From Desulfurococcaceae archaeon (lineage in GTDB: Archaea; Thermoproteota; Thermoprotei_A; Sulfolobales; Desulfurococcaceae), in assembly GCA_038824035.1 (NCBI GenBank), contig JAWBBW010000023.1:1-17870 (forward strand): a stretch of 17,870 bases of DNA, written 5' to 3'. The position numbers and the translations under genes were made by a program. Below are positions 1 to 8,482 of this stretch, piece after piece. Position 1 is the stretch's first letter. Every line of letters starts with the position of its first letter. The notes below the pieces were generated by a model that saw only the letters and a list, made by a program, of their open reading frames with translations, did no database searches and had not been told where the DNA came from.

Positions 1-67
1 GCCTTTAGTGCGGTTTCAAATAAAGATGAATTATTAAATATTTAAAACAGTGTTTAGCATCATTCAT

Positions 68-121
68 GATCAGCGATCGAAGGCTTCTTCATCATTCAGG
101 CAAACCCTGCCTACATCATCT
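68..121 (-). ncRNA. Box C/D guide sRNA (2'-O-methylation guide)
   Basis: The minus strand reads G-ATGATGT (C box, one mismatch, 119-113), AGGCAGGGTTTGC (13-nt guide), CTGA (D', 99-96), ATGATGA (C', 95-89), AGAAGCCTTCGATCG (15-nt guide), CTGA (D, 73-70), TC. All four boxes are in the order and spacing of a ~52-nt archaeal C/D sRNA. It is intergenic, with a TATA-like AGATATAAG ~27 nt upstream (156-148). Confidence 0.82.
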
Positions 122-171
122 TTATTTAATTATTTTTGATTGTTTTCCTTATATCTAATTTATCTGATACA

Positions 172-2577
172 CTACTTAGCTTTAGATAATCCTACTCTAA
201 GGGAGTTCAGAATGACGGTTATATCGCTAAGTATCATTGCCAAGGCTGCCCATTCTGGCTTTAAAACGATTCCGTATTGTGGATACAGCACACCGGCTGC
301 TATTGGTATTAGTGTAGTATTATATATAAAAGCCCATATCAAGTTCTCCAATGCTAATTTGTTTACTTTCCTGCTTAAATCGTAGAGTTTGAGAATTCCC
401 CTTAGATCGTTTGTTAAGAGTATAGCATCACCAGAGTTCTTTGCAATATCAGATGCTTTCCCCATTGCAATTCCAACAAATGATATACTCATTGCAATAG
501 CATCATTTACTCCATCTCCAATGAAGAGCACTCTTCCTCCATTCGATTGAAGTCTCTGAATGATTTCTGCTTTATCCATTGGTCTCAATTCTCCTTCGGC
601 GAAATCAAGTTTTAATTCTTCTCTGAATTTCTCCACTATTCCCTTAATATCTCCGCTTGCTAACCCTACTTTGAACCCTAGTTCTTTGAGTGCTTTAATT
701 ACCTCTGGGGCTTCAGGCCTCAGTGTATCGGATACTTCTACTATTGCGGCCGGTTTATTATCAATGGATACAAGTATTGGCGTACTTCCTCTGCCTCCTA
801 TTTCATTAATTAATGACAATATTCTCTGATCTAATTCCACTCCTAATCTATTCGCTAATTCAACATTACCAATGCTTATTGTATGTTCGTTGATTTGGCC
901 GATCAATCCCATGCCCGGAAAGTACTCGAAGTAATTCACGTCGCTACTTAGGTTGTATTTATTTTCCCTACAATACTCTAGTAAAGCTCGTGCTAGTTTA
1001 TGTTCACTTCTTGTTTCCAAGCTACATGTATAGTACATTATTTCCTCTTCATTGCTATTGTTTAAGAGTATCACCTGTTTAACTCTCGGCTCCCCTAGGG
1101 TCAAGGTTCCTGTTTTATCAAATATCACTATATTCGCCTTTGTCATTCTCTCGAATAAATCTCCTCTTCTCACTAGTATTCCTTTCCTAGACGCATTTAA
1201 TACTCCTATTGATACTACCATTGGTATTGCTATACCTAGTGGGCATGGGCACGTAACCGCTAGAACCGCGGCTACAAATAGTAAAGACAACGATATGTTG
1301 CCGGTTAAAATATACCATGCGACAGCTACTATGATTGCTAGTGCTATTACAATCCATGTCAGTAATCCTACAACTTTATCAGCGAATTTCTGAATTACCG
1401 GCTTGTGGAATTGGGCTTCTCTAGCTCCTTCGGTAATTCTCGCTATGACCGTGTCTTCACCTGTCCTCGTTGTCCTTATTTTCATGTATCCGTTTATTAG
1501 AGTTGAGCCTGCTAGAACATAATCCCTGTTCTCAGCTTTTTTAAATACAGGTTTCGATTCACCAGTTAAAAGTGATTCATCCACATAGCCTGCTCCTTCT
1601 ATGACTATTCCATCTACTGGTATCATATCCCCGGTTTTTACTTCAACAATGTCGCCTATGTTTACTTGTTCCGCATTCACCTCTACCACATCACTGTTCT
1701 TCACAATTCGCGCTTTTCCATGTGATGCTTTCTCTAGCTCCTCAAGGTGCTTCAAGGCTTTTTGCTTTAATTTCTCCTCCAGGTATTTTCCCAAGCTGGT
1801 GAATCCTAGGACTCCTGCTGATGCCTCGAAGAATGATGATGAATGTATTATGGTGTTCGAGGAATGTGTCTGGTGAAGTATTCCAGCGTAGATTGCTAAG
1901 CCGAATATGAATGATAATGTTGATGACAATGCTATTAACGACTCCATGCCTGGTGCTTTCATTAGGAGTAGTTTATATCCTTTTTTAACAACCGAGTAGT
2001 TTAAGATTATTACTGTGAAGGCAAGCGTTACTAGTATTTCTTCATTCATAGGTATTGATGGATTCAACATGCTTATCATTGAGTACGATATCGCGGTTAA
2101 TGCTAGTGCAAAAGCTACTAATTTTGTAATTAGTGTTATTTTATCCGATACGTGTACCTTAACCTCAGGTGTTTGTTTTATTTCAACTCCTTTCCTTAGC
2201 AACTCATTATATACTGCTTCTCTATTAGTTTCAAGCGGATTTATATTAATTTTGATTAATCCTGTTGATGATGATATTTTTGCTTCAATTACTCCTTTTA
2301 TCTCGGCTATTTTCTTCTCGAGTACTCCTACTTGCTCAGGAGATATGTTTACGTAGGTTACTAATGTTTCCTTGTAGAGGTCGTAGCCTGCTTCTCTAAT
2401 AGCATCGTAAATTTTACTTATTGAGCATTCATCACTATTACATTTTATTACCGCTTCCCCGGTAGCTATGTCTACTTTAATCTCCGTGAATCCCTTGATT
2501 TTTCTCAGCTCTCTTTCAATTGAATAAACACATGTTGGACAATCTACACCTATTATTTTAACCCTGTACTCCTTCAT
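172..2577 (-). CDS. copA: Heavy-metal (Cu+)-translocating P1B-type ATPase
   Basis: N-terminal HMA motif GVDCPTC, actuator TGES, transmembrane CPC, phosphorylation motif DKTGT, SEH motif, GDGVND, and YN plus MxxS in the last two TMs. Start set at MKEYRV (ATG 2577); the ORF track's ATG at 2601 is an alternative. Confidence 0.93.
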   Translation of the reverse strand: MKEYRVKIIGVDCPTCVYSIERELRKIKGFTEIKVDIATGEAVIKCNSDECSISKIYDAIREAGYDLYKETLVTYVNISPEQVGVLEKKIAEIKGVIEAKISSSTGLIKININPLETNREAVYNELLRKGVEIKQTPEVKVHVSDKITLITKLVAFALALTAISYSMISMLNPSIPMNEEILVTLAFTVIILNYSVVKKGYKLLLMKAPGMESLIALSSTLSFIFGLAIYAGILHQTHSSNTIIHSSSFFEASAGVLGFTSLGKYLEEKLKQKALKHLEELEKASHGKARIVKNSDVVEVNAEQVNIGDIVEVKTGDMIPVDGIVIEGAGYVDESLLTGESKPVFKKAENRDYVLAGSTLINGYMKIRTTRTGEDTVIARITEGAREAQFHKPVIQKFADKVVGLLTWIVIALAIIVAVAWYILTGNISLSLLFVAAVLAVTCPCPLGIAIPMVVSIGVLNASRKGILVRRGDLFERMTKANIVIFDKTGTLTLGEPRVKQVILLNNSNEEEIMYYTCSLETRSEHKLARALLEYCRENKYNLSSDVNYFEYFPGMGLIGQINEHTISIGNVELANRLGVELDQRILSLINEIGGRGSTPILVSIDNKPAAIVEVSDTLRPEAPEVIKALKELGFKVGLASGDIKGIVEKFREELKLDFAEGELRPMDKAEIIQRLQSNGGRVLFIGDGVNDAIAMSISFVGIAMGKASDIAKNSGDAILLTNDLRGILKLYDLSRKVNKLALENLIWAFIYNTTLIPIAAGVLYPQYGIVLKPEWAALAMILSDITVILNSLRVGLSKAK

Positions 2578-2621
2578 GATCAGACACTTTGCGTAAATCA
2601 TTATGTTAATTTATCCAGCCG

Positions 2622-2792
2622 TTAAGTAGGCATCTTTCTAGGTCCTTCACGTAAGTAAAGTTCAGCATTCTTCTCAAATTCCTTTAAACAAGCAAAACTG
2701 CAGAAGTAGTATATTTTCCCTTTATATATCGTCTTGTATTTTGAAGTAGTTGGATTCACCTTCATGCCGCAAACTGGATCTATCTGCTCCAT
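2622..2792 (-). CDS. YHS/TRASH-domain copper chaperone (CopT/CopM-like), 56 aa
   Basis: MEQIDPVCGMKV...YKGKIYYFCSFACLKEF carries the DPVCGM and YYFCSxxC signature. A GGTGG ribosome-binding site precedes ATG 2792, and the gene lies directly upstream of copA on the same strand. Confidence 0.9.
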   Translation of the reverse strand: MEQIDPVCGMKVNPTTSKYKTIYKGKIYYFCSFACLKEFEKNAELYLREGPRKMPT

Positions 2793-2827
2793 AATAAAAC
2801 CACCTGGAGATTTCACAAAGATCCTAC

Positions 2828-2844
2828 TATAACAAGTTATAAAG
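2828..2844 (-). promoter_or_regulatory. Putative TATA box of the chaperone-copA operon, overlapped by the inverted repeat TATAAC-AA-GTTATA
   Basis: Minus-strand CTTTATAA lies at 2844-2837, ~45 nt before ATG 2792. A perfect 6-2-6 inverted repeat spans 2828-2841. Confidence 0.45.
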
Positions 2845-3164
2845 CAGCTATTAAACACTCCTTTATACAAGAACATTAAGAGATCTTGGTGATCCCGAGA
2901 TAACGGTAGAAACAGAAAACTTCCACGAAAACCAAGCGTAATGGACGGTGTGTTATCTGGCTTTATATCCTATGGAGATTTCAATACATATACACTTTGC
3001 TTTAACTTTACCGTTAGAAGACCGGGAAAATAACGCTGAATTCGTTTTTGGCTACAATAAATGATCTAAACGAATTAGTTGAATCAACAAGTTGAGCAAA
3101 TTATTAAGCTAAGAGCTGACCTATAGTATCCACAATGGGGTTCCAGCTAGTACACGGCTCGTTG

Positions 3165-3364
3165 ATGATGAAAATCACAAAGGCCAATGAGTTTACAAGC
3201 CTAATGTTGTTCCACCTACTGGAAGTATCGCCGTAGCAACTACAGTTATAGTCTACGCTTACATAACGTCATTTAAGGACAACATAAATATATGCTGTAC
3301 TCGGCTATACTGGGGTTGCAGACATCGTGACTTAGGACTCGTGAAGGATAGAGAAAAACCCTAA
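3165..3364 (+). pseudogene. Possible decayed archaeal type IV pilin-like gene (frameshifted)
   Basis: MMKITKANEFTSLMLFHLLEV (from ATG 3165), joined by a one-base shift near 3225-3227 to IAVATTVIVYAYITSFKD, resembles a class III signal peptide plus hydrophobic N-helix. There is no intact ORF; this is pattern resemblance only. Confidence 0.3.
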
Positions 3365-4018
3365 GGTCCCGTTTGTTCACTCAAGATACTTAGAATTTTT
3401 CAAATTACTATGAGAGTGTATTATGTTGTTTCATGGATTGGAGAATTGAAATATAAGGTCTACGTAGAAAAGCCCTTGTGAAGCTTATCTCGTTAATCAA
3501 TCTTCAGGCATCGCGGAGGATACTTTTTAAACACAGCGCTATCTTATAAAGCTGTAGGAATAAGAAGAAAGTATTCCGCGAAATTATCGTGAAAACATGA
3601 AGAAAGTATCTGAAAAATTAATGAATTTACATAAGCATAATAAGGTTTCATGGGTGTGTTTATTCATTGTTGCCATGAGTTCTACTGCTTATTTTCGAGT
3701 TACTCGAGATTTCAGTTACTGTTCCAGCATTTTCAATACACAGCTGGCGGGAGCGCGAGATGTGTAGTGTTAAATTTAATGCATGGAGAACCAGGGCTGA
3801 TTATTATATATGGTATATAGCTATATATCTCTATGACCTCCATACCATAAGGATAATGGATTAATTAACTTCTTTCGCGTCTAGTATATGACTACAACTT
3901 GTCATTCACGTTTTTTAGAGATAAAAATGTGTTGAAACAAGTTTATAGTTACTATATCTTCAATGTCATGACGATAGATGGGTTATTAAAGACAGTTTGT
4001 TAAACAGTTTTGCAGACT

Positions 4019-5442
4019 TTATTTCAGTATGAACATTAGCCAGGGCAATCCAATGGCTATGTACACAATGTAGAATATGAGGCCAAATATCAAACCCAGT
4101 TTCCAGAAATCCCTACCCCTGATATATCCACTTCCATAGTATACTGGGGCCGGGCCAGTGGCATATGGCGATATAACCCCCATTAATCCAAGCGTGTATG
4201 CAAGTGAATAAGCCGCTATTTGTGGCGATATACCTGGTATGTTCAGCACAGTTGTGAGGAATATCGGATATAAGGCCGTTACATGGGCTGTTAAACTGGC
4301 GAACAAGTAATGTAACCAGTAAAAGAGCGAGATAACAACCACTAGTGCTGTGAACGGGTCAAGGCCCTTTATAGTGGACGCTATTATGTCTGCCACGTAT
4401 TTTACAAACCCAACTCTGTAAAGCCCATCGGCCATTGTTACAAGAGTTGCAAACCAGACAAACACGTTCCACGCCGATTTATAGGTTAGTATATCATCCC
4501 ATGAGGTCACAGATGTGATCAGCATTAATGAAACAGCAAATAACGCGACCGTCGTCGCATTTACATAGTCTTTTGCAACAATCCATAGTATTAGAGCTAA
4601 CACAACTTCGCATAAAAACATTATTTCCTTCTTAGTAATCCTACCTATTTTTCTCAACTCCTCGAAAGCCCATTTAGGCGCTTCCTCTGATCTCCGGATC
4701 TCCGGTGGATATAGTATGCCAGAATAGGGGTTGCCATGAATAATATAACACCAACTGGTAAGAAGCCTATGAACCAGGTAAGCCAATCCATAACTATTTT
4801 CTCCTTAGCGGCCAATGAAGCCGCTAGAACATTTGGCGCTAAGCTGGTTAAGAACATGCTACTAGTTATACATGTCGTGGTAAACGCTGTCCACATTATG
4901 AAGGAGCCGATTCTCCTCTCTGTTCCATCACCTGGTTTAGAGCCATACATCGGGGGTATATTGGATATAATTGGGTATATTGTTCCACCGCTTCTCGCCG
5001 TGTTGGACGGCATAAAGGGTGCTAAGACAAGGTCAGATAATGCGATTGCATAGCCTAGTCCAAGGGATCTCTTACCAAGGTATTTTATGAATAATAACGC
5101 TATTCTGCGGCCAAGCCCTGTCTTAGCATAACCCAGTGCAAACATGAACGCGGCGAATATTAACCAAACAGTCGTATCAGCGAAACCGGATAAACACCAC
5201 CTAATAGCATCACTAGGAGCTGTGTATACAAGCCCGGATATAGCTGCCACGGTGATTCCTATTAGTCCTATTGCAGCAGCCGGTATTGGTTCCAATATCA
5301 CGCCGGCGATCACAGCGACGAATAACGCGAAATAAAGCCATGCGCTCTGTGTTAATCCCTGGGGTGGAGGTATTATTGATATTGAAATACCGATCACTAT
5401 TGGTATAAGTGCTTTTAATAACCTGGATCTATTCATATCCAT
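4019..5442 (-). pseudogene. DASS-family (CitT/TtdT-like) di/tricarboxylate transporter, frameshifted at ~4709-4713
   Basis: ORF 4654..5442 gives the N-half (WLIFAAF, TGLGRRIAL, PSNTARSGG, SSMFLT) and ORF 4019..4786 gives the C-half (YPPEI, WFATLV, HYLFASLTAH, PYATGP, YYGSGY). They overlap in different frames, and the joined product would be ~475 aa. The break may be biological or an assembly error. Confidence 0.88.
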
Positions 5443-5512
5443 ATATATCGACCACTAACACTGTATGTGATAATACAATACATTATTATCTGAATAAATA
5501 AGAACGTTTCTG

Positions 5513-6133
5513 TTATTGTTGGATAATATGTTTACCAAGTCTTTTCAAAACATCATTTACCAAGGTCTCTTTCTTAGAGAGGGCGTCTTCAACCACTTTC
5601 TCAGCTATGTTAACACCCCTTGTATCGATGGCCACTATGAGGGGACCAAACATTTTCACTCTCAAAACCCATAATGCTTCTGGTATGCCGAGATCTATCC
5701 ATTCAACTCTCTCAACTTCTTCGACTTTATCCGCACCCAGTACTCCACATCCACCTGGGAATATGGCGTATATTGCTTTGAATCTCTTGCATGCTTCACT
5801 CGTTCTCTGCCCCATTCCACCCTTGCCTATTATCACCTTAACACCAGTTTTCTCCATGAACTCGTATTCATAGTACTCCATCCTCCTACTAGTGGTTGGG
5901 CCTATTGATATACAGGTCCACTTATCATCAACTCTCTTCATAACGGGACCGGCATGAAATACGGCTAGACCCCTCAGATCTATAGGTAATTGCTTGCCCT
6001 CGACAACAACTCTTCGATGAGCCGAGTCACGTGCAGTGACCACTATTCCATTGATGTAGAATATATCACCTACTCTCAGTTTTTCCAAGACATTGTCATC
6101 TCTAATAGGAGTTGTAATCACGACTTCATTCAA
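5513..6133 (-). CDS. ttdB: Fe-S hydro-lyase beta subunit, L(+)-tartrate dehydratase/class I fumarase type (TtdB-like)
   Basis: Motifs TARDSAHRR, FHAGP, GPTTSRRME, GKGGMG, LGIPEALW and FGPLIVAIDT closely follow E. coli TtdB as I recall it. It overlaps the alpha-subunit stop by 8 nt. Confidence 0.85.
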   Translation of the reverse strand: MNEVVITTPIRDDNVLEKLRVGDIFYINGIVVTARDSAHRRVVVEGKQLPIDLRGLAVFHAGPVMKRVDDKWTCISIGPTTSRRMEYYEYEFMEKTGVKVIIGKGGMGQRTSEACKRFKAIYAIFPGGCGVLGADKVEEVERVEWIDLGIPEALWVLRVKMFGPLIVAIDTRGVNIAEKVVEDALSKKETLVNDVLKRLGKHIIQQ

Positions 6134-7028
6134 TTAACCCACCCCTATGTGATAGCAATTGATATGATAAATCACTATTTATTCTAAGCCAGCCTTTTCT
6201 AAGGGCCCAGCATGCCGTGTTAACACCAACAGCGAATGTGGCTGGGTGTCTACCGGCATATTCTATGTGGACCTCGCCAACTGTGGTAGAACCCCCTAAC
6301 CCCTGTGGACCTATACCTAGTTTATTAATAGCATCTTCGAGTATTTCCTCGAGCCTCGCTATACTAGGTTCCGGGTTTCTACTACCAAGGGGCCTTAATA
6401 GAGCCCGCTTGGACAACACAGCTGCTATCTCCACTGTCGGGCCCACACCAACTCCTACCACCATTAACGGTGGACACGCCGGTGGTCCGTACTCGGCAAT
6501 GACATCTATTACGAATTTCACAAGGCCTTCCCATCCCTCAGCTGGGTCTAGGACCCTGGCTGTCCCAGGCCTGCTAGATCCACCACCAGCCATGTATAGC
6601 CTTACATCCACATGATCGGATTCGGGCTCTATGTCCACCTCTATCCATGGTATCAGGGGCCCAGTGTTATCCCCAGTGTTCTTGTCGCTCACAGGGTCCA
6701 CGACATTTGGCCTAAGGAACCCCTGTTTAGTGCTCTCGATGACCGCCTTCCTTATGGATTTCAACAAAAGCGATTTATAAGGAAACATCTCGCCAAGGGT
6801 TACATAGAATTCCAACACACCTGTGTCTTGACAGAGTGGTGCTTTTCTAAGCAACGCTAGTTCGAGGTTTTTGAAGATCGCTGAATATATAAATTTCCCC
6901 GAGGAACTTGTTTCTTTGCTTGACAACTCCAGCAACTTAGCATATACATCACTTGGTAACTTAACAGCCACGGTGTTTATGAACTTGGTCATTAACTCGA
7001 CTAAAGCTGATTCGACATCAACACCCAT
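6126..7028 (-). CDS. ttdA: Fe-S hydro-lyase alpha subunit, L(+)-tartrate dehydratase/class I fumarase type (TtdA-like)
   Basis: Three conserved Cys motifs are present (PLCQDTG, ACPP, ACWA). YMAGGG, LGIGPQGL and RHP match the TtdA branch as I recall it. Confidence 0.85.
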   Translation of the reverse strand: MGVDVESALVELMTKFINTVAVKLPSDVYAKLLELSSKETSSSGKFIYSAIFKNLELALLRKAPLCQDTGVLEFYVTLGEMFPYKSLLLKSIRKAVIESTKQGFLRPNVVDPVSDKNTGDNTGPLIPWIEVDIEPESDHVDVRLYMAGGGSSRPGTARVLDPAEGWEGLVKFVIDVIAEYGPPACPPLMVVGVGVGPTVEIAAVLSKRALLRPLGSRNPEPSIARLEEILEDAINKLGIGPQGLGGSTTVGEVHIEYAGRHPATFAVGVNTACWALRKGWLRINSDLSYQLLSHRGGLIE

Positions 7029-7039
7029 CTAGATCACCG

Positions 7040-8359
7040 TTAATACTTTCTTATGAACCCGTTTCTCAGTGCAATCTCCATGTATCTCCTAGGTCTTTCG
7101 ATCAATTCCCTTATCTCTTGTTCAAGCTCACTTCGAGAGGGCTTTCTCCTGGCTAATCCCTGTTCAATAGCTTTCTCAGCGACAGCTAATGCCTCTTTGA
7201 CATAGAGCTCGGTCTCGTTCATGTTACCTATGATCCTCTCATCGCTGATACCTGTTTCCTCCGTGTACTTGGCTATTGCATATGCCGCCTCTAGGAACAT
7301 CTCGTCGCTCATTTTCCTAGCCCTGACTGTTAATACACCTCTAAACACTGCCGGGAACCCCAGGCTATTGTTCACTTGGTTCGGGAAATCCCCTCTACCA
7401 GTTGCAACGATCCTAGCACCCGCTTCCTTGGCCTCCCACGGCCATATCTCGGGCACAGGATTTGCCAGGGCAAATACTATTGGGTCCTTATTCATCTTCT
7501 TAACCCACTCTTTCTTGATCACACCAGGGCCTGGCCTAGAACAGGCTATTAACACGTCACTGCCATTAAACACCTCTTCAATGCTTCCTATTACAGGGGG
7601 GTTTGTCTCGATCGCTATCTTATATTTCCACGGATTCTCAACCTTCAACTTCTCAACGTCGTCTCTATATGGGTGTAACACTCCTTTCGAATCGACTACT
7701 ACTATGTTGGATGGCTTAGCCCCTGCTTTGACAAGGTATCTATACGTAGCGATGTTGGCTGCGCCAGCACCGAATAGGATTATCTTGACATCACTGATCT
7801 TTTTCCCCACAATTTTTAAGGCATTGATCAAGCCAGCTAATATGACCAACGCTGTCCCCTGTTGATCGTCGTGCCAAACGGGAATATTTAGCTCGCTTTG
7901 CAATTTCTCGAGTATGTAGAAACACTTGGGGGATTCTATGTCCTCTAAGTTTATAGCCCCAAAACTAGGTTCAAGCGCTTTCACTATGTACACGAATTTC
8001 TCCGGATCGTTCTCTTTCACAACTAATGGAATAGCGTCAACACCGCCCAGGTATTTGAAAAGCAATGCCTTACCTTCCATTACAGGTAATCCAGCCGCTG
8101 GGCCAATGTTACCCAGGCCTAATACCCTTGTCCCATCGCTGATCACCGCTGCATAGTTCCATCTGAGTGTGTATTCAAATGACGCGTCTTCGCCGTCCCT
8201 GGCTATTCTCCTACATGGCTCGGCGACACCTGGTGTGTACCATATATTGAAATCATCGAGACCGGTTACTGGGACCTTAGGGACGATCTCGATCTTCCCT
8301 TTATAAATCCTATGTAATTTCTCCGAAATAGAAGACCAGTTAATTCCAGTGCTACTCAA
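7040..8359 (-). CDS. mae: NAD(P)-dependent malic enzyme (oxaloacetate-decarboxylating malate dehydrogenase)
   Basis: Motifs YTPGVA, SDGTRVLGLG, VMEGKALLFK, NLEDI, HDDQQGT, GAGAA, FALANP and NQVNN. The likely start is TTG 8359 after an AGGTG ribosome-binding site; the ORF track extends to ATG 8395. Confidence 0.93.
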   Translation of the reverse strand: MSSTGINWSSISEKLHRIYKGKIEIVPKVPVTGLDDFNIWYTPGVAEPCRRIARDGEDASFEYTLRWNYAAVISDGTRVLGLGNIGPAAGLPVMEGKALLFKYLGGVDAIPLVVKENDPEKFVYIVKALEPSFGAINLEDIESPKCFYILEKLQSELNIPVWHDDQQGTALVILAGLINALKIVGKKISDVKIILFGAGAANIATYRYLVKAGAKPSNIVVVDSKGVLHPYRDDVEKLKVENPWKYKIAIETNPPVIGSIEEVFNGSDVLIACSRPGPGVIKKEWVKKMNKDPIVFALANPVPEIWPWEAKEAGARIVATGRGDFPNQVNNSLGFPAVFRGVLTVRARKMSDEMFLEAAYAIAKYTEETGISDERIIGNMNETELYVKEALAVAEKAIEQGLARRKPSRSELEQEIRELIERPRRYMEIALRNGFIRKY

Positions 8360-8482
8360 CGATATGCACCTACATATATCTCTATATTTCTCCATATGTT
8401 TTACATGAAATACTCATATAAATATTTATCTATATTTATTAAATATCAATAATTTTGGTTATATTTATCATATGTCGTAACA

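Noticed and set aside
140-2356. Plus-strand ORFs 140..385, 560..829, 1052..1393, 1601..1876 and 2015..2356
   Set aside because: They are antisense shadows of copA with no recognisable motifs.
2793-2876. N-terminal extension of the YHS ORF given by the ORF track (similarly 8360-8395 and 15502-15567)
   Set aside because: Downstream starts have GGTG-type ribosome-binding sites, and the extensions at 2793-2876 and 15502-15567 overlap putative promoter elements.
3164-3215. GATGATGA as the C box of a third sRNA
   Set aside because: No CTGA D box lies at a suitable distance (only CCAA/CTAA). It reads better as tandem ATG codons.
4654-4786. Programmed -1 ribosomal frameshift in the DASS gene
   Set aside because: There is no X-XXY-YYZ slippery heptamer at the junction, so a DNA-level indel explains it better.
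4736-8156. Plus-strand ORFs opposite the transporter, ttdAB and malic enzyme genes (e.g. 7221..7865, 6217..6615)
   Set aside because: They are antisense shadow frames of well-supported minus-strand genes.
8410-8450. Palindrome ATAAATATTTAT upstream of the malic enzyme
   Set aside because: It is pure A/T in a very AT-rich promoter region and cannot be told apart from chance or the TATA element.
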